Source: an uncultured Chloroflexia bacterium
Lineage (GTDB): Bacteria; Chloroflexota; Limnocylindria; Limnocylindrales; CSP1-4
Assembly (NCBI GenBank): GCA_963828165.1
Contig: CAWHDR010000001.1
Span: 224,001 to 288,000 of the forward strand
DNA: 64,000 nt
Reading direction: 5' to 3'
Position numbers and translations under genes: made by a program. The notes below the pieces were generated by a model that was given only the letters and a program-made list of their open reading frames with translations, was not told the origin of the DNA and searched no databases. Of the stretch, positions 1 to 10,389 are shown one piece after another. Numbering within the stretch: the first letter of the stretch is position 1; the number at the start of each line of letters is the position of its first letter.

Positions 1-1
1 C

Positions 2-640
2 CTGCACCTGCTGTCCGTGGCCCTCATGGTGGTCACCGCGATCTGTGTCTGGGACCTCCTGGACCATGGGACGGCGTCGGCGATGACGACCGCCACGGCG
101 ATGAGCCCGATCCCGGCCGCCCTGGCGGCGGCGCTCGTCCTTCCGGCCGAGATCCAGCCCCTTCACGTGGTCGCGGCGACGATCGTGGTCGGTGGCGTGC
201 TGCTCGCGCTGGCCGACGCCTTCGGCGGCCTCGATCGTTGGGGGAGCGCCTGGCGGATCGTGGGTGCCGCCGCCGGCACGGGCATCCTCACCGTGGTCTC
301 GCGGCTGCTCGGCGACCTCGATGTCGGGCTCGTCGAGACCTATGTCGTTCGGACGACGCTCGCCGCGGTCGTGTGCATCGCGCTGTTCCCGCCCCGCGAC
401 GTGGCGCGCGGCGACGTCCCGCGGCTGCTGGTGCGCTCCGTCGTCGTGACGAGCTATTTCGTGTTCGTGATCCTCGGCGCGCAGTCGGGCAGCCCGGTCG
501 TCGTCCAGACGCTCGTGGCGACGACGCCGCTCTTCGTGCTGGCCGTCGAGTCCGTCAGGCGCCGCGCGGCACCGCCCATTCGGGCCGTCGTCGCAGCATC
601 GATCGTCGTCGTGGGCGTGATGCTGATCCTGGTGGCGTGA
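2..640 (+). CDS. DMT/EamA-family membrane transporter (5' truncated by window edge)
   Basis: Frame is open from base 2. Multiple hydrophobic helices; the C-terminal 'GSPVVVQTLVATTPLFV...IVVVGVMLIL' resembles an EamA repeat. Confidence 0.6.
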   Translation: MHLLSVALMVVTAICVWDLLDHGTASAMTTATAMSPIPAALAAALVLPAEIQPLHVVAATIVVGGVLLALADAFGGLDRWGSAWRIVGAAAGTGILTVVSRLLGDLDVGLVETYVVRTTLAAVVCIALFPPRDVARGDVPRLLVRSVVVTSYFVFVILGAQSGSPVVVQTLVATTPLFVLAVESVRRRAAPPIRAVVAASIVVVGVMLILVA

Positions 641-688
641 CCGATCCCGGTCGCGGGCCGGCTCGTCGCGGGATGCACCGCCGTTACC

Positions 689-2239
689 ATGCGACCGATG
701 GTCACCGCCGACCGCCTCTCGACCGACGAAGGCACGTCCGGCCCGCCGCCGATCCTCGAGATCCTCGGCGTGAGCAAGCAATTCGGCTCGACACAGGCGC
801 TCGACGACGTTTCGCTGACCCTGCACCAGGGCGAGATCCACGCCCTCCTCGGTGAGAACGGGGCCGGCAAATCGACGTTGATCAAGATCATGACCGGCGT
901 CGAGCAACCCGACGCCGGCACGATGGCGGTCGACGGCGCGCAAGTGTCTCTCGGGAGCGCCCTCCACGCCCAGGATCTCGGGATCGCGGCGATCTACCAG
1001 GAGCCGAACATCTTCCCCGACCTGTCGGTCGCGGAGAACATCTTCATCAGCCATCGCGACCGCGGCCGCGTGCTCGACCGTCGCGGGATGCGCCGAGACG
1101 CCGACGCGATCCTCGGCCGGCTCGGCGTCCGTTTGGACACGGACGAGCCGGCCCGGGGCCTGACCCTCGCAGAGCAGCAGACGGTCGAGATCGCGAAGGC
1201 GCTGTCACTGCAGGTCCGCGTCCTGATCATGGACGAACCGACGGCTTCGCTGTCCGCCCACGAGGTCCGTCGGCTGTTCGGGATCGTCGAGTCGCTCCGG
1301 CGCGAGGGCGTCGCCGTCCTGTTCATCTCGCACCGGATGGAGGAAGTCTTCGAGATCTCCGACCGGGTGACCGTCCTGCGCGACGGCCGCTGGGTATCGA
1401 CCCGGCCACGTTCCGAGCAGACCCCGGCGATCGCGATCCGCGAGATGGTCGGCCGGACCCTGAGCGATTTCTTCCAGCGGACGCCAGCGGAGCCCGGGGA
1501 GGTCGTTCTCGAGGTCCGTGGGCTTGGGCGCGAGGGCATCTTCGGCGATGTGTCGTTCGACCTGCGCTCGGGCGAGGTCCTCGGCTTCGCCGGACTCGTC
1601 GGAGCCCGGCGAACGGATGTCGGCCTCGCCCTGTTCGGCCTCGCCCCAGCGGACACGGGGACGATCCTCCTCGACGGCAAGGAGGTCAGGATCCGCCATC
1701 CACAGGATGCGCTGCGCCTGCGCGTCGCCTACTCGACCGAGGATCGACGCGCGCTGGGTCTCGTGTTCCCCCTGTCGATCGCGGCGAACATCTCGCTCCC
1801 GACCCTCGCGCGGTACCAGGATCGACTCGGGCTGATCCGCCGATCGGCCGAGGACGCGGCCGCTGAACGCTACCGCGAACGCCTGAGGATCCGCGCCTCG
1901 TCGGTGGGGGTGCCGGTTGCCACGCTGTCGGGCGGCAACCAGCAGAAGGTCGTCCTGAGCAAGTGGCTGGACACGAATCCGCGCGTCCTGATCCTCGACG
2001 AGCCCACGCGCGGGATCGACGTCGGGTCCAAGGCCGAGGTGCACCAGATCATCGACGAGCTCGCCCAGGAGGGGATCGCGATCATCCTGATCAGCTCGGA
2101 CCTGCCGGAGGTGCTCGCGACCAGCGACCGGATCCTGGTGATGCGCGAGGGCCGGCAGATGGCGATCCTCGGCCGCGCGGAGGCGACGGCTGAGCGGGTT
2201 CTCGCGGCGGCGATGGGCCAGGCGGCGGCGAGCGACTGA
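689..2239 (+). CDS. Monosaccharide (CUT2) ABC transporter ATP-binding protein, RhaT/RbsA-like
   Basis: Walker [14 protein letters not shown], and a second domain with LSGGNQQK and DEPTRGID. Start may be 698. Confidence 0.95.
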   Translation: MRPMVTADRLSTDEGTSGPPPILEILGVSKQFGSTQALDDVSLTLHQGEIHALLGENGAGKSTLIKIMTGVEQPDAGTMAVDGAQVSLGSALHAQDLGIAAIYQEPNIFPDLSVAENIFISHRDRGRVLDRRGMRRDADAILGRLGVRLDTDEPARGLTLAEQQTVEIAKALSLQVRVLIMDEPTASLSAHEVRRLFGIVESLRREGVAVLFISHRMEEVFEISDRVTVLRDGRWVSTRPRSEQTPAIAIREMVGRTLSDFFQRTPAEPGEVVLEVRGLGREGIFGDVSFDLRSGEVLGFAGLVGARRTDVGLALFGLAPADTGTILLDGKEVRIRHPQDALRLRVAYSTEDRRALGLVFPLSIAANISLPTLARYQDRLGLIRRSAEDAAAERYRERLRIRASSVGVPVATLSGGNQQKVVLSKWLDTNPRVLILDEPTRGIDVGSKAEVHQIIDELAQEGIAIILISSDLPEVLATSDRILVMREGRQMAILGRAEATAERVLAAAMGQAAASD

Positions 2240-3294
2240 TGCGCTTGCTGCTGCGCTACGTCCGGCCCGAGCAGCTCCGTGAGCTCACGCTCGTCCTGAT
2301 CATCATCGCCGTGGCGGCCTTCTTCGCCACGCAGATCCCCGACTTCCTGTCGGCCCGGACGTTCACGCGGATCAGCACCAGCGTGGCCGTGATCGCGGTC
2401 GTCGCGGTCGGCCAGACGTTGGTCGTCCTGACCCGCAACATCGACCTGTCCGTCGGGTCGATCGTGGGCCTGGTGGCGTACTTCGCCGGCACCATGCTGT
2501 CGAACGACCCGACCATCCCCGCCCCGGTCGTCATCGCCATCTCGATCGCGATCGGCGCGGTCCTCGGCGCCGTCAACGGCCTCCTCGTCGCCTACGGCGG
2601 GGTGCCCGCGATCGTGACCACCCTCGGGACCCTCGCCTTGTACCGGGTCGCCCTCGTCGAGCTGTCCGGAGCCAGGACCGTCACCACGGACGCGTTGCCG
2701 GCATGGATGCTGGACCTCCCGCGCGTGACGCTCGTCTCGCTCGGAGCGGTCGACGTGCGCCCGCTCGTCGTCCTCGCCGTGGTCATCGCGGTGGTCTTCC
2801 AGCTGGGCCTGCGCTATCTGCCGTTCGGCCGGCGCCTGTTCGCGATCGGCTCGAATCCAGATGCCGCGAGGGTCGCCGGCTTCCCCGTCCAACGCGACAT
2901 CTTCGCGGCGTTCGTGCTCTCCGGCGCCCTCGCCGGCCTAGCCGGGTTCATGTTCCTGGCGCGGTTCGGGAACATCACCGTCACGGCCGGCCAGGGCCTC
3001 GAACTGCAGGTCGTTGCGGCCGTGGTGGTCGGCGGGGTGAACATCTTCGGCGGCGTCGGCTCGATCATCGGCGCGCTGCTCGGCGCGACACTGATCGACC
3101 TCCTGCAGCAGAGCCTGATCCGCTGGCTCGAGGTGAGCGAGTTCCTGCGCGACGCCATCCTGGGATTGCTCATCCTGTTGGCGGTCGCGTCGGACAAGGT
3201 GATCATCGGCCGGCTGCGCACGGTCTGGATCCGTGAGCGACGGCGATCGCAGGACGTCATGGAGCCCTCGGGCGAGGTCGTACCCGATGCGTGA
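2239..3294 (+). CDS. Sugar ABC permease, RhaP-like
   Basis: BPD_transp_2 motifs 'RNIDLSVGS', '[13 protein letters not shown]', '[11 protein letters not shown]'. Translationally coupled to the ATPase. Confidence 0.92.
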   Translation: MRLLLRYVRPEQLRELTLVLIIIAVAAFFATQIPDFLSARTFTRISTSVAVIAVVAVGQTLVVLTRNIDLSVGSIVGLVAYFAGTMLSNDPTIPAPVVIAISIAIGAVLGAVNGLLVAYGGVPAIVTTLGTLALYRVALVELSGARTVTTDALPAWMLDLPRVTLVSLGAVDVRPLVVLAVVIAVVFQLGLRYLPFGRRLFAIGSNPDAARVAGFPVQRDIFAAFVLSGALAGLAGFMFLARFGNITVTAGQGLELQVVAAVVVGGVNIFGGVGSIIGALLGATLIDLLQQSLIRWLEVSEFLRDAILGLLILLAVASDKVIIGRLRTVWIRERRRSQDVMEPSGEVVPDA

Positions 3295-4300
3295 ACTGGG
3301 GTCGACGCTCCGCTCCTGGGAGGGCCTCCTGCTGGGCATCCTTGTCGTGGTCGTCGCTCTCAACGCCCTCGCGGCGCCTGGCTACCTGACGATCCAGAAC
3401 CAGATCAATCTGTTCCAGCTGAGCGTCGAGAAGGCGATCGTGGTCCTCATCATGACGTTCGTCATCGTGAGCGGCGAGATCGACCTGTCGGTCGCGTCGG
3501 TCATGGGTCTGGCCGCGGTGGTGGTGGCCTGGTTGACCAGCCAGGGGGTGTCCACGGAAGCGGCGGTCCTCATCGCCCTGGGGGTCGGCGGTCTGTGCGG
3601 GCTGCTCAACGGTTTCTGGATCGCGATCGTCGGCCTGCCCTCACTGGCCGTGACCCTGGCCGGGCTGATCGGCTATCGAGGGCTGGCGCGGGTGCTGATC
3701 GAGGACCGCTCGATCGGCGGCTTCCCCGACTGGTTCGAGGACCTCGGGCAGCAGCCGTTCATCGGACCGCTCCCACTCGCGCTCATCATCTTCGCCGTGA
3801 TGGCGGTCGGCGCCGCCATCATCCTGGGGAGGTCCGGTTTCGGTCGCTACGTCTACGTGCTCGGCAGCAATATCCAGGTCGCGCGGTTCTCCGGCGTCCG
3901 CATCGCGCGCGTGCGGCTGCTCATCTTCACGATGAGCGGGCTGATCGCCGCATTGGCCGGCGTGCTCCTGGCGGCCCGTCTCGGTGCGGTCCGTGGTAGC
4001 ACGGCGGAGGGCTTCGAGCTGGACATCATCACCATGGTCCTCCTCGGTGGGGTGAGCATCTTTGGAGGGCGCGGAACGATGATCGGGGTGATCCTGGCCA
4101 TCCTGGTGATCCTCAACCTGCGCAACGGCCTGGGCCTGGCGAACGTGACGGGCAACACCCAGACCGGCGTCATCGGCGTCCTCCTGATCCTGTCGGTGCT
4201 CGTCGCCGAACCTCGTGGGAGCCGCACGCTCGCGGTTTGCCAGGGACGAGCAGTTGACGGCCACCTCCCCAGGGATGACCCAGGTCGACTAGCGGCGTAG
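3287..4300 (+). CDS. Sugar ABC permease, RhaQ-like; probable +1 frameshift near 4204 (corrected stop at 4292)
   Basis: 'GEIDLSVAS', 'ARFSGV', '[17 protein letters not shown]'. Removing one base at 4204-4205 gives the family-like tail SVLVPNLV...TQVD*. Confidence 0.88.
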   Translation: MRELGSTLRSWEGLLLGILVVVVALNALAAPGYLTIQNQINLFQLSVEKAIVVLIMTFVIVSGEIDLSVASVMGLAAVVVAWLTSQGVSTEAAVLIALGVGGLCGLLNGFWIAIVGLPSLAVTLAGLIGYRGLARVLIEDRSIGGFPDWFEDLGQQPFIGPLPLALIIFAVMAVGAAIILGRSGFGRYVYVLGSNIQVARFSGVRIARVRLLIFTMSGLIAALAGVLLAARLGAVRGSTAEGFELDIITMVLLGGVSIFGGRGTMIGVILAILVILNLRNGLGLANVTGNTQTGVIGVLLILSVLVAEPRGSRTLAVCQGRAVDGHLPRDDPGRLAA

Positions 4301-4349
4301 GATGTCGTGGCTTCGTGGCCACAGAGGCCGGCTTTTGGAGGAGACGCTG

Positions 4350-5486
4350 ATGAAGCTTCGCGTTGCGGTCGCGCTGTTCGCCACGGTCGCGATCCTGACC
4401 GGTTGTACCTCACCCGGGGCGTCATCGACGGCCGCGCCGCCCGCCACGAGCGCACCGCCGGTCGCGAGCGAGCCGGTTACGAGTCCATCCGCCAGCGCGG
4501 CCGCGGGCGGCGACGTCATCAAGGCCACGCCCGGGGAGAGCGTCAAGATGATGCTGCTTCCGAAGTTCCTGGGCATCCTGCCGTTCGATCAAGCCAACAA
4601 GGGCGCCCAGGAGGCAGAGGGCGAGCTGCAGAACCCCGAGGCCGTCGCCTTCGTCGGACCCACCGCCGAGAACAGCGTCCAGGGCCAGATCGAATTCGTG
4701 ACCAACGCGCCGACCCAGGGCCACAAGGTCGTGATGCTCTCGAACAACGCTGGTGACCAGATCGCTCCTGCGGCGGAAGCCGCGCAGGCGGCCGGCACGA
4801 AGATCGTCACGTGGGACTCGCCGATCCCCTCGGCGGCCGGCGAGAGCCTCTTCGTCGCGCAGGTCGACTTCGACTCGATCGGCGTCGTCATGGCCGACAT
4901 GGCGCTGTCGCTGACGGGTGCGGACGGTGGCGAGTTCGCGGTGCTTTCAGCCTCGCCCGACGCCGCCAACCAGAACGCGTGGATCGCGGCCCTCGAGGAG
5001 GCCCTCAAGGACCCCAAGTACGCCGCGGTCAAGCTGGTCGACACCGTCTATGGCGACGACCAGTCGGAGAAGAGCTACAGCCAGGCACTCGCGCTGGTCG
5101 ACAAGCACCCGAACCTCGAGGTCATCATGGCCCCGACGACCGTCGGCATCGCGTCGGCCGCCAAGGCGATGCAGGACGAGGACCTGTGCGACAAGGTCAA
5201 GGTCTCGGGGCTTGGTCTTCCGAGCGAGATGGTGGCCTACACCATGAACGACTGCGCCCCGCAGTTCGCGTTGTGGAGCTTCGTCGACCTCGGCTATCTG
5301 ACCTACTACGTCTCGTACCTGCTGGCCACCGGTGCCATCCAGGGCACCGAGGGTGAGCAGTTCGAGGCCGGCCGGATGGGCGAGTACACCATCGAGAAGG
5401 ACCCGACGCGCGACGCCGGCCTGCGCGTGCTGATGGGTCCATTCACCGTCTACGACAAGACCAACGTGGAGGCCGCCGCCCAGTAG
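4350..5486 (+). CDS. Sugar ABC substrate-binding lipoprotein, RhaS (rhamnose)-like
   Basis: RBS GGAGGAG at 4337-4343, lipobox LTGC, Ala/Pro/Ser linker, and RhaS-like motifs 'LPK', 'NQNAWI', 'APTTVGI', 'GLGLPSEM', 'FALWS'. Confidence 0.88.
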   Translation: MKLRVAVALFATVAILTGCTSPGASSTAAPPATSAPPVASEPVTSPSASAAAGGDVIKATPGESVKMMLLPKFLGILPFDQANKGAQEAEGELQNPEAVAFVGPTAENSVQGQIEFVTNAPTQGHKVVMLSNNAGDQIAPAAEAAQAAGTKIVTWDSPIPSAAGESLFVAQVDFDSIGVVMADMALSLTGADGGEFAVLSASPDAANQNAWIAALEEALKDPKYAAVKLVDTVYGDDQSEKSYSQALALVDKHPNLEVIMAPTTVGIASAAKAMQDEDLCDKVKVSGLGLPSEMVAYTMNDCAPQFALWSFVDLGYLTYYVSYLLATGAIQGTEGEQFEAGRMGEYTIEKDPTRDAGLRVLMGPFTVYDKTNVEAAAQ

Positions 5487-5506
5487 GGCTCCGCGCCACC
5501 ACTCCG

Positions 5507-5535
5507 GATCGGGCCCGCCAGCGGCGGGCTCGATC
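5507..5535. terminator. GC-rich stem-loop between convergent genes
   Basis: GATCGGGCCCGCC-AGC-GGCGGGCTCGATC: 13-bp stem with one G-U pair. Confidence 0.55.
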
Positions 5536-5540
5536 GATTC

Positions 5541-6494
5541 CTATCCGGCCTCGAGCACGGGGCGGACCTCGGTCGCCAGGCGTTCGATGGTCTCGAGGTC
5601 GAGCGGGGCAGCGATCGACGGGCTGAAGGCGTCGACACCGATGCGCCGGTAGGCCAGCAACGCCCGGGCGACCTCGTCCGAGGTCCCGGTCCAGGCCATG
5701 TCCGTGCGGACCTGCTCCGGCCAGCCATGCAACCGCATCTGCACGTCAAAAGCCCGCCGCGCCTCGGCGGCATCCCTGCGGATCACGAGCTTGCCGCCGA
5801 TCATGTGTTCGATCGTCGCGGGCTCCCGGCCGATCGCCCGGCAGTGCTCGTGGAGGACGCTGCGCTTGTGCCGGAAGAGCTCGGCGTCGTGCATGGTGAG
5901 CCACATCTGCCAGATGTCGGCATGGCGGGCGACGATCCGCAGGCCCTTCTTTTCGCCGGCCGATCCGACGACGAACGGGACGCGCGCCGAGATGGGCAGG
6001 GGCGCGTGGCATGCCCCGCTGAACCGGTAGCGAGCCGATTCGTGATCGACTGTCCCTCCGTCGAGCAGCGCCCGGATGATGGTCAGCGCCTCGTCAAGCC
6101 AGTCGAGCCGCTCCCCGACGCTTCGCCCCGGGTCCATCCCGTGGGCCGTGACCTCCAGCTCGCGATTGCCCGCCCCGAGGCCGAGCACCAGGCGGCCGCC
6201 GCTGATGTGATCGACCGTGGCCGCCATCTTCGCGACGACGCCCGGATTGCGGAACGGGTTGGCCCCGACGAGGAGTCCGAGGCGCACCTGGCGTGTCGCG
6301 GCGGCCCAGGCGGACAGGGTCGTCCATCCCTCGAAGAATGGCTGGAATGGGTCGCCACCGGTCGAGTACAGGTGGTCGTGGCCCCACAGGTAGTCGTACC
6401 CGAGGTCGTCGACGGCCTGGGCGGCGCGGAGGGATTCGGGCCAGGTCAGCCCGTAGGTCAGCGGCTGGATGCCCAGCCTGAATCCGCTCGCCAT
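5541..6494 (-). CDS. LLM-class (luciferase-like) flavin/F420-dependent oxidoreductase
   Basis: 'WGHDHL', 'FEGWTTLSAWAAAT', 'RNPGVVAKMAATVDHISGGRLVLGLGAG'. Confidence 0.9.
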   Translation of the reverse strand: MASGFRLGIQPLTYGLTWPESLRAAQAVDDLGYDYLWGHDHLYSTGGDPFQPFFEGWTTLSAWAAATRQVRLGLLVGANPFRNPGVVAKMAATVDHISGGRLVLGLGAGNRELEVTAHGMDPGRSVGERLDWLDEALTIIRALLDGGTVDHESARYRFSGACHAPLPISARVPFVVGSAGEKKGLRIVARHADIWQMWLTMHDAELFRHKRSVLHEHCRAIGREPATIEHMIGGKLVIRRDAAEARRAFDVQMRLHGWPEQVRTDMAWTGTSDEVARALLAYRRIGVDAFSPSIAAPLDLETIERLATEVRPVLEAG

Positions 6495-6526
6495 GCCGCC
6501 ATCCTACCGGAGCGCCCGCCGGAGGC

Positions 6527-6540
6527 TGGTACCGATTGCA
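6527..6540. promoter_or_regulatory. LacI-type operator candidate (TGGTACCGATTGCA)
   Basis: Imperfect CG-centred palindrome in a divergent intergenic region. The reverse strand TGCAATCGGTAC matches other island sites. Confidence 0.5.
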
Positions 6541-6610
6541 GCCCGCCCTGCTACGATGCGATCCCGCTGCCATTCGACCCGATTCCGTCGGCCCAGGAGG
6601 TTGCCCGCAC

Positions 6611-7258
6611 ATGGATCGCGCGCTGTTCTACCTTCGCATCTTCCCGGGGACCGAAGCCGAGTACGACCGGCGGCACGCCGAGATCTGGCCGGAGCTCGTC
6701 GACGAGATCCGTGAGTCGGGGCTGCGCAACTTCTCCGGCTTCCGCCGCGGGACGGACGTCTGGTACTACACCGAGGCCGACGGCGATGTCGCCGACGCGT
6801 TCGCGGTGCACGGACCCAAGCCGGCCAACCAGCGCTGGAACCGCTACTTCCGCGATGTCATCGCCCAGATCACCGACGACAGCGGCAGCCTGCTCTGGTA
6901 CGACAAGGTCTTCGAATCCGATGGCCCGCGGCTGGATGGGACGTTCGAGCGAGGCCTGTTCGGTCTCGTGATCGATCCCGAGCGGGCGGACGACTACGAA
7001 GCGCTCCACGCGAACCCGTGGCCCGACCTCATGGAGGCGATCGAAGCGTCCGGCTTCCGCAAGTACCAGGGCTTCCGGCGCGGCGCCCACGTCGTCTACT
7101 ACGGCGAGTTCTATCCCGACATGAAGTCGGTCTTCGGGCGGATGGCCGAGCACGAGGTCAACGCGCGGTGGGGGACGGCGTTCGAGGGGATCATCACCAC
7201 GATCACCGACGCCGAGGGCAACCTCCTGACCGCGGACGAGATCTACCACCAGGACTGA
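6611..7258 (+). CDS. Tandem double-domain L-rhamnose mutarotase-family protein
   Basis: Two RhaM-like repeats: 'EYDRRHAEIWPELVDEIRESGLRNFSGF' and 'DYEALHANPWPDLMEAIEASGFRKYQGF'. RBS AGGAGG upstream. Confidence 0.82.
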   Translation: MDRALFYLRIFPGTEAEYDRRHAEIWPELVDEIRESGLRNFSGFRRGTDVWYYTEADGDVADAFAVHGPKPANQRWNRYFRDVIAQITDDSGSLLWYDKVFESDGPRLDGTFERGLFGLVIDPERADDYEALHANPWPDLMEAIEASGFRKYQGFRRGAHVVYYGEFYPDMKSVFGRMAEHEVNARWGTAFEGIITTITDAEGNLLTADEIYHQD

Positions 7259-7260
7259 CG

Positions 7261-8694
7261 ATGCCCGAGAGCGCCGCCGGCCCACGACCGCGGGTCGGGG
7301 TCGTCCACCCGTACTGGACGCTCTGGGAGCACACGGCCGGCCCGACGTTCCGGGCGGACCGGATGGACCTCGCGCGCACGGTCGCGGCGGACCTCGCCGG
7401 CACGATCGACCCGGTCGCCGTCGTCGAGATCGCCTCGGCCGAGGATGGGGCGGCCGTCGGGGGGCGGTTCGCGGACCTCGACGTCGAGGTGATGCTCGTG
7501 CTGCAGACGATGGCGGTCCCGGCAGCCTGGACCATGGCCGCGATCGATGCGCTGCCGGGCGTCCCGGTCGTCGTCTGGGCCCTCCACGAGACCGGTCTCG
7601 TCGACGGCGGATTCGACCACGGCTCCATCACGACCCAGGGGGCGACCGTCGGCGCACCGATGCTGTCCAACCTCCTGTCGCGGGCCGATCGACCGTTCGA
7701 CCTGGTGCTGGCCCGTCGCTCGGACGAGGAGGGCCTCGGGCGCGTGCGCGCTGCGCTCCGACTGGCCGGCATCGCCCGCCGCATCGCGCGGAGCCGCCTC
7801 GGGCGGATCGGCCGGCCGGTTGACGGCTACGCCCATGTCGATGTCGACGACGCCGCCCTGCGGGCAGCGACCGGCATCGAGCTCGTGGCCATCGACCCCG
7901 ACGAGGTCGTCGAGCGCTACCGAGCGGTCGCCGACGCCGACGTGAAAGCGCTCGAGGCCGACGTGCGTCGCGACTGGGCGGTCGAGGCCGACGTCGTCGA
8001 TGGCGAGTCCCTCGATCGGTCGCTGCGTGCGGCGCTCGCGCTCGAGGCCGTTGTCGACGCCCACGCGCTGGACGGCGGAGCCTTCAATTGCCACGTAGCG
8101 CAGTTCCGGTTCGGCGAACCGATCGGGATCGCGCCGTGCTGGGGACTCGGCCGGCTGACGTCCGGCGGCCGGCCGTTCACCTGCACCGGCGACATCGTCA
8201 CGGCCGTCGCGATGTTGACGACGAAGCGGCTCGGCGGGGCGGCCGTCTATCACGAGATCGAGGCGATCGACTACGCCACGGGCGAGGTCGTCATCGCGAA
8301 CTCCGGCGAGCACGATCTGGCCTGGCTGGCGGACGGTGAGCGACCCAGGCTCCAGCGCAACGGCTGGTTCTGTGGCAAGGATCCGCACTGCGGGGTGTGC
8401 GCCGCGTTCGAACCCGATCCGGGGCCGGCAACGCTGGTCGGGTTCACGCCGCATCCACGCTCGCGCGGCGGCTTCCGCTACGTCGTGGCGCGCGGCGAGC
8501 TGACCGCGCGGCGGTTCCCGGAGACGGGCACCGTCAACGGCGCATTCCGGTTCGCGGACGGACCGGTCGAAACCGCGTGGGGTCGCTGGGCGAGCGCCGG
8601 CGTGAACCACCACAGCTCCGCGTCGCCCGGCGACCTGGCCGCGGATGTCGTCGCGGTCGCCGGCCATCTGGGTATCGACGCGGTGGTCGTGTGA
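7261..8694 (+). CDS. L-fucose/L-arabinose isomerase-superfamily protein
   Basis: Family-like segments 'RLGRIGRPVDGY', 'AFNCH', 'PFTCTGDIVTA', 'NSGEHD' and C-terminal 'GVNHHS'. Confidence 0.7.
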   Translation: MPESAAGPRPRVGVVHPYWTLWEHTAGPTFRADRMDLARTVAADLAGTIDPVAVVEIASAEDGAAVGGRFADLDVEVMLVLQTMAVPAAWTMAAIDALPGVPVVVWALHETGLVDGGFDHGSITTQGATVGAPMLSNLLSRADRPFDLVLARRSDEEGLGRVRAALRLAGIARRIARSRLGRIGRPVDGYAHVDVDDAALRAATGIELVAIDPDEVVERYRAVADADVKALEADVRRDWAVEADVVDGESLDRSLRAALALEAVVDAHALDGGAFNCHVAQFRFGEPIGIAPCWGLGRLTSGGRPFTCTGDIVTAVAMLTTKRLGGAAVYHEIEAIDYATGEVVIANSGEHDLAWLADGERPRLQRNGWFCGKDPHCGVCAAFEPDPGPATLVGFTPHPRSRGGFRYVVARGELTARRFPETGTVNGAFRFADGPVETAWGRWASAGVNHHSSASPGDLAADVVAVAGHLGIDAVVV

Positions 8695-10004
8695 CGACCC
8701 TCGCGCCCCGGCCGCTCGCGCCGATCTCCCTGCGCGACCTCCGGGACGTCGATCCGTATCCAGCGTACGAGGCGATGCGGGCCGTCGGCCCGGTGGTGTG
8801 GGACGACCCGATGGGAACGTGGCTCGTGCTATCGCACGACGGGTGCACCTTCGTCGAACGTCGCGAGGATTTGTTCGAGGAGCCCACGGGCACCCTGCCG
8901 GGCGCCGCCGAGATCGTCGGTCGGCGGGACTTCCGCTCGCTCGTCGGGACGGAGCACGAGGTCCTCCACCGGTCCCTCTCGCACGCGTGGCGGCCCGACC
9001 CGATCGCTCCCCTGGCCGTGGCCGCCGTGCGACCGCTCGTCGCGGACCGGCTCGCCGGGCTCGCACCGCGCGGTTCCCTCGAGCTGTTCGCGGACTTCGC
9101 CCGCCTGCTGCCGATCTCGGTCATCGCCCGCGTGCTTGGCCTGCCGGATGCCGACACCGAGACCCTCGACCGAGCCAAGGGCTGGATGGAGGCGGTCCTC
9201 GCCTGGCGGCATTCGTACGGCGAGGATCCGGGATCGCGAGCGGCAGCCGTGGAAGCGACGCGGATGCTGGAGCCGGCGCTCCTCGATACGGTCCGCGAGC
9301 GGCGAGACGACCCGCGCGACGACGCCATCAGCTTCCTCTGGACGAAGGGCCGCGAGGTGGCGGACGACTGGGGCGAGCAGGATGTGCTCGACAACGCCAA
9401 GTTCCTGTTCGAGGGCGGCTCGGAGACGACGGCATTCCTCGTCTGCAACGCGGTGCACCTGCTGCTCGGACTGCCGGCCGACACGCGGGCGTCGACGCTG
9501 GCAGATCCCGATGCGCTCTCGCGCTTCATCGAGGAGGTCCTGCGGCACACGACGATCGTCCACCTCCGGGCTCGCCGCGCGACGGCGGACGTGGAGCTGG
9601 GTGGGGTGACGATCCGGGCTGGCGAGCGCGTCATCGCGATCAACGCGGCGGCCAACCGGGATCCCGACCGCTGGGAGCGTCCGGACGTCTTCGACCCGGG
9701 GAGGCCGCGGCTGTTCGGGCATCTCGCGTTCAACGTGGGGCCGCGCCATTGCGTCGGGGCGCACCTCGCGCGGATGGAAGGGACCGAGGCGATCCTCGGG
9801 CTGTGGCGGGCGTTCCCCGACCTGGCCGGCGCGGGCGCTGGTGCGCCGCCCGCGGCGCCGATCGGGTTCGTGTCGCGGGCCTGGCGCCCGATCCATCTTG
9901 TCCACGCGCCCGTGTCCCCGGACGCGGTTCGGGAGCGGGTCCTCCTCAGTCCCGAGCGCGCTCCCAGGTCAGCCGCTGGCTACGGGTCGCCCCACCCAGG
10001 CTGA
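8691..10004 (+). CDS. Cytochrome P450
   Basis: I-helix GGSETT, K-helix EEVLR, 'ANRDP', heme-thiolate motif FNVGPRHCVG. The GTG start overlaps the isomerase TGA (GTGA). Confidence 0.93.
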   Translation: MTTLAPRPLAPISLRDLRDVDPYPAYEAMRAVGPVVWDDPMGTWLVLSHDGCTFVERREDLFEEPTGTLPGAAEIVGRRDFRSLVGTEHEVLHRSLSHAWRPDPIAPLAVAAVRPLVADRLAGLAPRGSLELFADFARLLPISVIARVLGLPDADTETLDRAKGWMEAVLAWRHSYGEDPGSRAAAVEATRMLEPALLDTVRERRDDPRDDAISFLWTKGREVADDWGEQDVLDNAKFLFEGGSETTAFLVCNAVHLLLGLPADTRASTLADPDALSRFIEEVLRHTTIVHLRARRATADVELGGVTIRAGERVIAINAAANRDPDRWERPDVFDPGRPRLFGHLAFNVGPRHCVGAHLARMEGTEAILGLWRAFPDLAGAGAGAPPAAPIGFVSRAWRPIHLVHAPVSPDAVRERVLLSPERAPRSAAGYGSPHPG

Positions 10005-10389
10005 TCGGCGGGGAGCTGAGGGTGAGCTGCCGGCCCGTCTCGTCCAACTCCCAGCGGCGCCGCTGGACGGTCCCGACCCAGTTCGGGAACAGGCTCGTCT
10101 CGACCCGGTGCTCGACCGTGTCGCCGTCGACCTCGTAGGTGCCGCCGTACGCGAGGTACGTCGAGAACGCGCGGGCGCGCTCGTCATCGGTCCCGCCGGT
10201 CACGTCGTCCGAGTCGAATGGCGGGCGGTCGCCCCGGCCGAATCCGGCGAGCATCGAGCCGTCGGCGGCATAGACGAGGAGACCGTCCGGGGCGTCACCC
10301 ATGGGCAGGGATTCAGTGCCGTCGTCGGCCATTGCCGCCCAGCGCCGCAGGCGCCACGAGCCGACGAGCGGATGATCGGGGGCCGTCAC
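9946..10389 (-). CDS. Lipocalin-like domain protein
   Basis: 'LVGSWRL', 'GLLVY..DG.M', 'YLAYGGTY', 'HRVETSLFPNWVGTVQRR', 'LTWER'. Confidence 0.78.
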   Translation of the reverse strand: MTAPDHPLVGSWRLRRWAAMADDGTESLPMGDAPDGLLVYAADGSMLAGFGRGDRPPFDSDDVTGGTDDERARAFSTYLAYGGTYEVDGDTVEHRVETSLFPNWVGTVQRRRWELDETGRQLTLSSPPISLGGATRSQRLTWERARD

